Shown one piece after another: positions 17,619 through 26,361 of a stretch of DNA of 32,000 bases. Both the position numbers and the translations under genes were made by a program. The DNA is taken from the NCBI RefSeq assembly GCF_037902255.1, contig NZ_CP147990.1, forward strand, positions 750,001-782,000, given 5' to 3'. A model generated the notes under the pieces. That model was not told where the DNA came from. It did not search any database and was given only the letters and a program-made list of their open reading frames with translations. The DNA comes from Candidatus Electrothrix sp. GW3-4 (GTDB taxonomy: Bacteria > Desulfobacterota > Desulfobulbia > Desulfobulbales > Desulfobulbaceae). Numbering within the stretch: the stretch's first letter is position 1; every line of letters starts with the position of its first letter.

Positions 17619-18107
17619 ATGGCATTAAACGCATATCTTACCTTAAAGGGTGAAACACAGGGCGATATCAAAGGTTCCGTGACCCAAGCGGGCCGGGAGG
17701 ACTCCATCATGGTCATAGCCACTGATCATGAGATCAACTCACCGCGCGATGCTGCTTCCGGGCTGCCAACCGGTAAGAGGCAGCATGGGCCGTTCACGAT
17801 ATGCAAGGAGATCGACAAGGCAACACCGCTCCTCTATTCTGCCTTGGTTAATAATGAGAATATCACCGAGTTTAAGATAGAGTTCTGGCGTCCTTCTGCT
17901 TCAGGCAAGGAAGAACAGTTTTTTACCATTGAACTGGTAAATGCCTCTATTTCCAAGATCCACCACGAGATGCTGAATAATAAATATCCTGAAAATATGC
18001 AGCATAGAGAACGGGAACATGTGTCATTTTGCTACCAGAAAATAACCTGGACCTGGATGGACGGCGGCATCACGGCTGACGATGACTGGGAAGCCCCAAT
18101 GGCCTGA
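17619..18107 (+). CDS. hcp: T6SS tube protein Hcp (TssD)
   Basis: The translation begins MALNAYLTLKGETQGDIKGSVTQAGREDSIMVIATDHEI...GKRQHGPFTICKEIDKATPLLY. The protein is 162 aa, and AAGGAG lies upstream. Confidence 0.95.
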   Translation: MALNAYLTLKGETQGDIKGSVTQAGREDSIMVIATDHEINSPRDAASGLPTGKRQHGPFTICKEIDKATPLLYSALVNNENITEFKIEFWRPSASGKEEQFFTIELVNASISKIHHEMLNNKYPENMQHREREHVSFCYQKITWTWMDGGITADDDWEAPMA

Positions 18108-18156
18108 TGAAGGAAAAAGATCGGGAGAAAAGGATAGGGTAAAAGGCAGGTGAGCA

Positions 18157-18570
18157 ATGCGGGAAGCCAGATTATTAGAACGTATCCGGCAGCGGAATCG
18201 AGACCCCCAGCGACGGGAGGGCGAGGATCTGTCCAGAGTGATTGACTCTGTGCAGGAGCATCTGCGCCAGATCCTCAATACCCGCCAGGGGAATGTACCG
18301 ATCTCAGAAGAATACGGCACCCCTGATTTTACCGAGTTTCTAACCGATTATCCACAATCCCTGCACGGCTTTGAGCGGGCGATCCGCCATACGGTCAGGC
18401 TGCATGAGCCGCGTTTGCGAGCTGTGCGGGTGCTCTTTATCCCGCAGGAAGATGACCTGCTCTCATTACGGTTCCGGATCTTTGCAAAGCTGGCAATTGC
18501 AGGATCCCATGAGGCAGTGGTCTTTGAGAGCCTTGTTGATTCCGAGGGTAAGATAAGTATAAAAGATTGA
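18157..18570 (+). CDS. tssE: T6SS baseplate protein TssE (gp25-like)
   Basis: The sequence LLERI...VIDSVQEHLRQILNTRQGNVPISEEYGTPDF has the GPW/gp25 pattern. The protein is 137 aa. Confidence 0.88.
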   Translation: MREARLLERIRQRNRDPQRREGEDLSRVIDSVQEHLRQILNTRQGNVPISEEYGTPDFTEFLTDYPQSLHGFERAIRHTVRLHEPRLRAVRVLFIPQEDDLLSLRFRIFAKLAIAGSHEAVVFESLVDSEGKISIKD

Positions 18571-18584
18571 TGCACCCCTGAGAG

Positions 18585-20318
18585 ATGCTGAATAAATATT
18601 ACCTGCAAGAACTTGCTGCCCTGCGTGATCTGGGAGCAGAGTTCGCAGACACTCATCCGGCCATAGCATCCATGTTGAGCGGCTCCTCGGCAGATCCGGA
18701 TGTAGAAAGGCTGCTGGAAGGAGTAGCCTTTCTCACCGGTCTGATACGGGAAAAGCTGGATGATGATTTTCCTGAGATCATTCATGGTCTTATTAATCTG
18801 CTCTGGCCCCATTATCTGCGTCCTGTGCCTGCCAGCTCAATTATCGCTTTCAGGCCTAAGCCCTCCCTCAAGCAGGCCTTACACATCGAAAAGGGTGTCC
18901 AACTCGCTTCTGTGCCGATTGAGGGGACGAGCTGTCGCTTTGCAACCTGCTTTGATGTGGAGGTGCAGCCCCTTGAAATTACAGATGCCTCCTTTGTGGA
19001 AAAGCCAGGGCTGCCGTCCGCGATTCGCATCCGGCTTGCCAGCCAAGGGGTTGGCTTGAACAGCCTGCAACTGAACAGCCTTCGTTTTTATCTGGCTGGT
19101 GACTATGCAGCGGCAAGTGAACGCTATTATCTGCTGCGCAGATTCCTGCGTCGTATTGTCATCCGCTCTGTGGGCGAGGAGGGGAGTTGCTCTCTGGCAA
19201 AAGAACACCTGCAGCCGGTGGGACTGAAGACCGCAGACGGGGTTCTGCCCTATCCGGGGAATTCTTTTCCTGGCTACAGAATCCTGCAGGAGTACTTTAC
19301 TCAGCCGCAAAACTTCCTCTTTTTTGATCTGACCGGTCTGGAGAACTGGTTCGGACGCGGGCAGGGCAAAGAATTTGATATTTTTTTTGAATTGGATCCG
19401 GTGTCTTTTCAGATGCCGAGGATTCGGACCCAGGACTTTGTTCTCTATGCCACGCCGGTGCTCAATCTCTTCCGGCATGAGGCCGACCCGATCCGGCTGG
19501 ATCATAAGCGAAGTGAATACCGCGTTCGGCCGACAACCACTCAGCTGCACCATTTTCAGATCTATTCTGTGGATAAGGTGGTTGGTTATATGCAGGGCAG
19601 TGCTGCTGCCCGGACCTACCAACATTTTGATCATTTCAGTCATCATGCCGCCTCCGTGCCAGTGTATAATGTCTCCCGGCGTCAATCCCCGGCCCGCAGA
19701 GCCACGGATATCTACCTCTCAGTGAGTTACCCCCAGGCAAACGGGCCACCGATGCCGGAAACCCTGAGTATCGCGTTGACCTGTACTAATGGTACCTTGC
19801 CGGAAAATATTCAGATCGGCGACATCTCCCAGGCAACCAGCTCCACCCCTGAATTGGTGAGCTTCTCCAATATCACAATACCGACAGCCGGGGTCCAGCC
19901 GCCGCTGGGAAAGAACCTGCTCTGGCGGCTGCTGGGCCATCTCTCGCTCAACTACACCTCTCTTGCCGATACCCGGAGTCTCAAGACACTGCTCGGTCTC
20001 TATCTTTTTCCCGATACAAGCGACAGGGGCTCCTTGCTTGCTAATCAGAAACGGATCAACGGAATCAGCGGCATCCATACGGCCCCGGCAGATCGCCTGG
20101 TCAACGGGTTCATGCTGCGCGGCAGAGAGATTCGCCTTGAGGCCCGTTATGATCATTTTGCCAGCCAGGGGGATCTCTATCTCTTTGCCTCGGTGCTCAA
20201 TGAATTTTTTGCTGTGTATTCGACCTTGAACTCGTTTACCCGATTCACCCTCAAGGAAACCTTACAGGGAGAGAAGATGACATGGCCAGCCCGGATAGGC
20301 GAACGCCCACTGACCTAA
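18585..20318 (+). CDS. tssF: T6SS baseplate protein TssF
   Basis: The N-terminus is MLNKYYLQELAALRDLGAEFADTHPAIASML...DPDVERLLEGVAFLT. The protein is 577 aa. Confidence 0.92.
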   Translation: MLNKYYLQELAALRDLGAEFADTHPAIASMLSGSSADPDVERLLEGVAFLTGLIREKLDDDFPEIIHGLINLLWPHYLRPVPASSIIAFRPKPSLKQALHIEKGVQLASVPIEGTSCRFATCFDVEVQPLEITDASFVEKPGLPSAIRIRLASQGVGLNSLQLNSLRFYLAGDYAAASERYYLLRRFLRRIVIRSVGEEGSCSLAKEHLQPVGLKTADGVLPYPGNSFPGYRILQEYFTQPQNFLFFDLTGLENWFGRGQGKEFDIFFELDPVSFQMPRIRTQDFVLYATPVLNLFRHEADPIRLDHKRSEYRVRPTTTQLHHFQIYSVDKVVGYMQGSAAARTYQHFDHFSHHAASVPVYNVSRRQSPARRATDIYLSVSYPQANGPPMPETLSIALTCTNGTLPENIQIGDISQATSSTPELVSFSNITIPTAGVQPPLGKNLLWRLLGHLSLNYTSLADTRSLKTLLGLYLFPDTSDRGSLLANQKRINGISGIHTAPADRLVNGFMLRGREIRLEARYDHFASQGDLYLFASVLNEFFAVYSTLNSFTRFTLKETLQGEKMTWPARIGERPLT

Positions 20319-21313
20319 GAGATGACCTGAAGCTCAGTCTGCTGAAAAGAGGGAGAGAGTTTTCCTTTATTCAGGCCGTACGCCTGCTGCGTCTCTATAC
20401 AGCTGCCCCCTCGACCCAGGATGCCGCTGTACCGTACCAACACGAGCTGCTGCAGATCGTGCCTCATCTCTCCTTGGCCTTTCCGGCCAGTGATCTTGAA
20501 TCTGTTGAAGAGCATATTTCATCGGAAGAAGAAAATACCTTTAAGATAGAGGCTAATTTTCTCAGCCTGTACGGGACCTGTTCGCCCTTGCCGGTCTTCT
20601 ATACAGAAGAGCTGCTTGATGAAGCCGGGGAAGAGGAGTCTGCCAGCCGTGATTTTCTGGATATCATCCACCAGCGGCTTTATCTGGTATTCTTTCAAAG
20701 CTGGTTGAAATATCGCCAGTTTCAGCAGGTCTGTGAAGAGCAGGATCAGGGCCATCTTGATCGTCTTTTTTGCCTGCTCGGGCTGGGTGAGTCAGATTTC
20801 CGCCAAGGCCTTGGAGATACCCAGGAGCTCCTGCGCTATATTGGCCTGTTTAGCCAGGCTCCGCGTTCTGCCCAAGGCCTGAAGACCATCCTGACCGATA
20901 GCCTGCATCTGCCTGTTGAGATAATCAGCTGTGTGCAAAGAAAGGCCAAGATTCCCGAGGACCAGCGGATCCGGTTGGGTGCAGATGAGGTCGGCCTCGG
21001 CCAGGACAGCTTTCTTGGTGAAGAACTGGATGATCGGGCAGGAAAATTCAGGGTCAGGATTGGTCCCCTGGATAAAGCCAATTATCAGGCCCTGTTTCCC
21101 GGCAGTGTCCTGTATAATAAGGTGGTTATGCTGACGGAACTCTATGTGACGGATCCCTTGGAGTATGATATCGAGGTGATAATGGCGGAGCAGCAGGCGC
21201 GGACCGTCTGTCTTGGCAATGAGCAGTGGTCAAGGCTTGGTCTGGACAGCTGGCTGTCTTCTGAAGAATATATTGGGGAAAAAACCAATCTGTTTACACC
21301 GGCAGGGCATTAA
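20282..21313 (+). CDS. tssG: T6SS baseplate protein TssG
   Basis: The sequence contains REFSFIQAVRLLRLY and ANFLSLYGTCSPLPVFYTEEL. The gene overlaps the 3' end of tssF by 37 nt. The protein is 343 aa. Confidence 0.88.
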   Translation: MASPDRRTPTDLRDDLKLSLLKRGREFSFIQAVRLLRLYTAAPSTQDAAVPYQHELLQIVPHLSLAFPASDLESVEEHISSEEENTFKIEANFLSLYGTCSPLPVFYTEELLDEAGEEESASRDFLDIIHQRLYLVFFQSWLKYRQFQQVCEEQDQGHLDRLFCLLGLGESDFRQGLGDTQELLRYIGLFSQAPRSAQGLKTILTDSLHLPVEIISCVQRKAKIPEDQRIRLGADEVGLGQDSFLGEELDDRAGKFRVRIGPLDKANYQALFPGSVLYNKVVMLTELYVTDPLEYDIEVIMAEQQARTVCLGNEQWSRLGLDSWLSSEEYIGEKTNLFTPAGH

Positions 21314-21390
21314 CGGCATTTTTACTGCCCTTGTGTGTAAGGTGCGTGCAAGAGGCGTGCAGGAAAGAATTTCAAAACTGGTGAGGTATC

Positions 21391-24035
21391 ATGCTGACCG
21401 TTGATATTAAATTGCTTTTAGAACGACTCAATCCCTTCTGCACCCGCTCTCTTGAGGCGGCAGCCGGTCTCTGTGTGGCCCGAACCCATTATGAGGTCAC
21501 CCTTGAACATTTTTTGCTCAAGCTTATTGAGCAGGAAGGGACCGACATCCCCCTCATCCTCCGCCATTATGGTATTGATGTCGGTCAATTTACTCAAGGG
21601 CTTGATGCCGTGCTGGAAGAGTTCAGGGCTGGCAATGCGGGTAAACCGGTCTTTTCCCCCATCCTGATGGAGTGGCTCCAGGAGGCCTGGCTGATTGCCT
21701 CGGTGGACCTTGAGGAAGAAAGCCTCCGCTCGGGTGCCCTGCTGCTGACCCTGATAAAGACCCCGACCCGCTTCGCCTCTGGGGCATTTCTTGAGCTGTT
21801 GGCCGATATCAGCTTTGATGCCTTGAAGAAAGAATTTTGGCCGATAGTCCAGGAGTCTGGGGAACAGCCCGCAGCAGGAGCAGCTGGAAGCGGGAAGGAG
21901 GGCGCGGTTCCCCAGGATGCCACGGCCTTGGGAAAATACTGCGTTGACTTTACTGAAAAGGCCCTGCAGGGAGAGATTGATCCTGTCTTTGGTCGGGATC
22001 AGGAGATCCGGAAGATGATTGATATCCTGGCCAGGAGACGGAAGAATAATCCCATCGCCGTGGGTGAGGCAGGGGTCGGCAAGACAGCCGTGGTAGAGGG
22101 CCTTGCCCTGCGTATTGCGGAAGGGGATGTACCGGAACTCTTGCAGAACGTGGCAGTCCTTGGCCTTGATATGGGTCTGTTGCAGGCTGGCGCTGGCATG
22201 AAGGGCGAGTTTGAGAATCGACTCAAATCGGTCATCAATGAGATCAAGGCCTCTCCAAAACCGATTATTCTCTTTATTGATGAGGCCCATACCCTGGTTG
22301 GGGCCGGTGGTGCGGCAGGGCAGGGGGATGCGGCAAACCTTTTGAAACCCGCCCTGGCACGGGGGAGTTACGCACGGTTGCTGCCACCACCTGGACGGAG
22401 TATAAAAAGTATTTTGAAAAGGACCCTGCCCTGGCCAGACGGTTTCAGCCGGTCAAGCTGGAAGAACCCTCTGTTGAAACCACCATCCTGATCCTGCGCG
22501 GTCTGAAACAGAAATATGAGGAGGCGCACGGGGTGCTTGTCCGGGATGATGCGGTTGTTGCGGCGGCAGAACTGTCCAGCCGTTATATTTCCGGGAGGCA
22601 GTTGCCGGATAAGGCAGTTGATCTGCTGGATACCAGTGCCGCCAGGGTCAAGGTGCTGCTGACGGCCAAACCGGATGCTCTTGAGGACAAGGAGCGGGCT
22701 GTTCAGGCCCTGAACCGGGAAAAAAAGGCCATGGAACGGGATAAAACCCACGGCATTGCAGTGGATCAAGAGCGCTTGGCCGTCATTGCCGCAGAACTGG
22801 GCGAGCTTGCCCAAGAGATTGAGGTATTGACCGGGCAATGGCATAAGGAACAGGCCCTTGCAGAACAACTGATCAGCATCCGGCAGGAACTGTTCGCGGC
22901 CAAGGAAGCGGCAGCAGGTGGAGAAGAGGGAAAGGAGACAGCAGCCCTTGAACAGGAGCATCACAGGATCAAGGAGGCCTTTGAGGCGGCTCGCCAGCAA
23001 CAACCGCTTGTGCGGATAGAGGTGGACCCGGATATCGTGGCCAAGGTGGTCTCTGACTGGACCGGGATTCCCCTGGGCAGTGTGATGCGGGATCAGGCGG
23101 CAAATCTTGTCGATCTGGAAGAACGCTTACAGAAGAGGATCAAGGGGCAGGACAGTGGCCTGGCAGCGATTTCCGAAGTGATCAAGGCGGCAAAATCAGG
23201 CCTCAAGGATCCTGCTCAGCCCCTGGGCATCTTCCTCCTGGTCGGGCCGAGCGGGGTGGGCAAGACAGAAACCGCCCTGGCCCTGGCCGATCTGCTCTTT
23301 GGCGGCGAACGTTTTGTCACTGCCATTAATATGAGCGAGTTTCAGGAACGCCATACCCTGAGCCGTCTGGTCGGCTCACCTCCGGGCTATGTGGGCTATG
23401 GGGAGGGCGGGGTCCTGACTGAGGCGGTCAGGCAGCGCCCCTATTCCATCGTTCTGCTGGACGAGGTGGAGAAGGCCAACTTGGAGGTCATGAATCTCTT
23501 TTACCAGGTCTTTGATAAGGGGACGCTTTCCGATGGTGAGGGCCGGGTGATTGATTTTAAAAATACGGTCATCTTTCTCACCTCCAATCTGGCCACCGAT
23601 GTGATTACCGAGATGAGCAGCGGCGATGAACCCCTGCCGCCCGGGGTTATTATGAACGCTGTCCGGCCCATTCTGAGTAACCATTTCAAACCAGCGCTCT
23701 TGGCCCGCATGACGATCGTTCCCTATCTTACCCTTGCCCAGGATGTCCTCTTGGATATTGTTGTCCTGAAATTGGATAAACTGGCCCGGAGGATGGCCGA
23801 GACCCACAAGATGCGCTTGAGTTATAGTGATGCGGTGGTTCAGCAGATAGCGGCCCGTTGTACCGAGGTCGAGACCGGGGCCAGGAATATTGACCATATC
23901 ATGAACGGCACGGTCCTGCCCCAGATGTCCAAGGAAATCCTGCTCCGCATGAGTGATCAGGCCATGCCTGAACAGGTCCGTCTTGATATCGATCAGGGAG
24001 GGCGTTTTATCCTTCAATTCGATGAAGCCGTATAA
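21391..24035 (+). pseudogene. clpV: ClpV (TssH) AAA+ ATPase, split into two ORFs (21391-22491 and 22533-24035) by a -1 frame break at the G5 run 22361-22365
   Basis: ORF 1 carries the ClpV N-domain, Walker A (GEAGVGKTA) and ILFIDEAH. It then degenerates after ...LLKPALARG. Shifting by -1 at cGGGGGa restores [58 protein letters not shown], which runs without a stop into ORF 2. ORF 2 carries the second Walker A (GPSGVGKTE). This could be a real frameshift or an assembly indel. Confidence 0.9.
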
Positions 24036-24080
24036 CTGGTTTATGGTATAGATCAACCCTGTATAGTGAGGAAATGAAAG

Positions 24081-26321
24081 ATGGCTGTTGAAGAGAATAT
24101 CCGATTCGCCTTTACCTCTGCGGCGCTGCCAGAGGAAACCTTTGTCGTGGCCGAGTTCCGTGGTACCGAGGCGATGTCAAAACTCTATCGCTTTGACATC
24201 ACCCTCTATGCCGACGATCCGGAGATTGATTTGAAAGCAGTTCTCAAGAATCCGGTGAAACTGACTGTTGAAAAAGACGGTGAGGTCCTGCGTCGCTTTC
24301 ATGGTGTCCTGTCCCGCTTTGAGCAGCTTCATGAATACTCCGGCCATGCCTATTTCCGGGCGGTGTTGGTCCCGCGCCTGTGGATAGCAGATCAATATCA
24401 GGAAAACCAGCTCTTTCTTGATAAGAAAATTCCTGATATTATAGAAGATGTCCTCAAGCAGACCGGTCTCACCTCTCTTGATTATGAACTGCGGCTCACC
24501 GGAACCTACCGGGCCTGGGAATACATCTGTCAGTATAATGAGACAGATTTCAACTTTATTTCCCGCTGGATGGAACGGGAGGGGATTTACTATTATTTTG
24601 AGCAGGGCGAGGATGCGGAAAAAATAATTATCACGGACAGCTCCACGGCTCACGAGAATATCGCCTCCAGTGATTCCATCCGCTATTCACCGCCGGATTC
24701 GCTCTCCCCCACCTCTATGCATCAGGTTCGGGAGTTCACCTGTCATCAGCAACTGCTGCCCAAAAAGGTGGTACTCAAGGATTATAATTATCGCAAGCCC
24801 TCCTTGGACCTGAAGGGAGAGGCGGATGTGGACCCGGAAGGTCGTGGGAATGTCTCTATCTACGGAGAGCATTTCAAGACCCCGGAAGAAGGGAATGCCC
24901 TGGCCGCAATCCGGGCCGAAGAGCTGTTATGTCGGGAGGCCCTGTTCTTTGGCGAGGGCACGGTGCCTTCCTTTCTCACCGGGTATTTTTTTGAGATGCA
25001 TGATCATTATCGAGATTCGTATAACCAGCGCTACCTGATCACCGAGCTCTCCCATCAAGGGGTGCAGTCCACCTATCTGACTGGTGCGGGTGGGGCGGAT
25101 CTGGCACCAGAAAAACAGACCCCTGCCTATGTGAATACGTTCAGCGCCATCCCGGCAGCTGTACAGTTCAGGCCGGAGCGGTTGGCCGAGAAGACCAGGC
25201 TGGATGGGACCTTGAACGCCACCGTAGATGCGGCAGGTGATGGTCAGTATGCGGAGATTGATGATCAGGGGCGGTACAAGGTGAAGCTGCCCTTTGATCA
25301 AAGCAATGCAGCTGACGGCAAGGCCTCGCGCTGGGTGCGAATGGCCCAGCCCTATGCCGGGGCAGATTACGGCATGCATTTTCCCCTGCATAAGGGAACC
25401 GAGGTCCTGTTGACCTTTGTTGATGGTGATCCTGATCGACCCATTATTGCCGGTACTGTACCTAACCCGGAAACAGGAAGTCCGGTGACCGGAGCAAATC
25501 AGTCCCAGTCCATGATTCGGACAGCAGGGGGGAATCAGATACGTATTGAAGATAATGATGGTGGGCAGCAGATTCATATGTCTTCGCCGACGAGCAATTC
25601 TATTATTTCTTTGGGTGATGTGAATGAAGGTAATATATTTTTAAAATCAGATGGTACTTGGGTTTCGAAAATTGGTGATAATGCAATTGAAAAACTTGGT
25701 GCTGATAAAAGGACATATGTTAAAGGTTCTGAGGTGAAAGATATTACTGGTAATCAAGGTGTCCATATCGGTGGCAGTCAGGCTCTTGTTGTAAATACTA
25801 ACAGGGATGTAATAGTTTACGGGAAAGAAAACAAAGAAGTAAAAGGTAATTCATGGTGCAAAGTTAATGGCCCGAAAAGCAGCATGACAGTTGGTGCTAC
25901 ACATGAAGTTTGTGTAGCAGCAAAAGCAACACAAAGCCTCTCCGCAGTTAGTGATGTTACCGTTGGTGTTAAACAAGGAGCTTTTGCCGGAGCAAATATT
26001 GAAACTAACGCCGCTGCAAAACTTGAGTTTAATGCAACTGTAAAATATGAAAAATCTGTCACGAAAAGCAATAAAGCTGTGAAGATTGAACAGGATGCAA
26101 CAGGCCTCATCAAGCTTATTTGCGGAGGAAGTTCTATTAAGATGACCCCTGGCTCGATTGAGATAAACTCTCCTAAAATTTTAATCAAAGGGAGTCCAAT
26201 TGATATAGAAGGAGGGCTTGTCCGTTTGAAAGGTAATATTCAGAATAAAGACGGTTTGAAATCCAATAAAGATTCCTTTTTTGATAAAGCTATTCATGCC
26301 AAAAATTTTTCATCGTTATGA
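24081..26321 (+). CDS. vgrG: T6SS spike protein VgrG (TssI) with a divergent AT-rich C-terminal region
   Basis: The sequence AEFRGTEAMSKLYRFDITLYADDPEIDL...FISRWMEREGIYYYFE...RWVRMAQPYAGADYGMHFPLHKGTEVLLTFVDGDPDRPIIAG...NQIRIEDNDGGQQI is the gp27/gp5-like VgrG core. The protein is 746 aa. Confidence 0.95.
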   Translation: MAVEENIRFAFTSAALPEETFVVAEFRGTEAMSKLYRFDITLYADDPEIDLKAVLKNPVKLTVEKDGEVLRRFHGVLSRFEQLHEYSGHAYFRAVLVPRLWIADQYQENQLFLDKKIPDIIEDVLKQTGLTSLDYELRLTGTYRAWEYICQYNETDFNFISRWMEREGIYYYFEQGEDAEKIIITDSSTAHENIASSDSIRYSPPDSLSPTSMHQVREFTCHQQLLPKKVVLKDYNYRKPSLDLKGEADVDPEGRGNVSIYGEHFKTPEEGNALAAIRAEELLCREALFFGEGTVPSFLTGYFFEMHDHYRDSYNQRYLITELSHQGVQSTYLTGAGGADLAPEKQTPAYVNTFSAIPAAVQFRPERLAEKTRLDGTLNATVDAAGDGQYAEIDDQGRYKVKLPFDQSNAADGKASRWVRMAQPYAGADYGMHFPLHKGTEVLLTFVDGDPDRPIIAGTVPNPETGSPVTGANQSQSMIRTAGGNQIRIEDNDGGQQIHMSSPTSNSIISLGDVNEGNIFLKSDGTWVSKIGDNAIEKLGADKRTYVKGSEVKDITGNQGVHIGGSQALVVNTNRDVIVYGKENKEVKGNSWCKVNGPKSSMTVGATHEVCVAAKATQSLSAVSDVTVGVKQGAFAGANIETNAAAKLEFNATVKYEKSVTKSNKAVKIEQDATGLIKLICGGSSIKMTPGSIEINSPKILIKGSPIDIEGGLVRLKGNIQNKDGLKSNKDSFFDKAIHAKNFSSL

Positions 26322-26361
26322 TAAGATGTTGAATTGATTAGTGTAACTATATTAATATCAT

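Noticed and set aside
22355-22370. Programmed -1 ribosomal frameshifting as the explanation for the split clpV.
   Set aside because: The site (C GGG GGA G) is not an X_XXY_YYZ heptamer in the upstream frame. I saw no obvious downstream stem-loop or pseudoknot. The same -1-at-homopolymer signature recurs in unrelated genes, which favours indels.
26322-26361. The AT-rich vgrG-DUF2169 spacer, with TTGAAT (26329-26334), as a possible promoter for the cargo island.
   Set aside because: With a 17-nt spacer the -10 candidate is TTAATA (2 of 6 matches). The better TATATT hexamer has only a 13-nt spacer. There is no usable hexamer pair.
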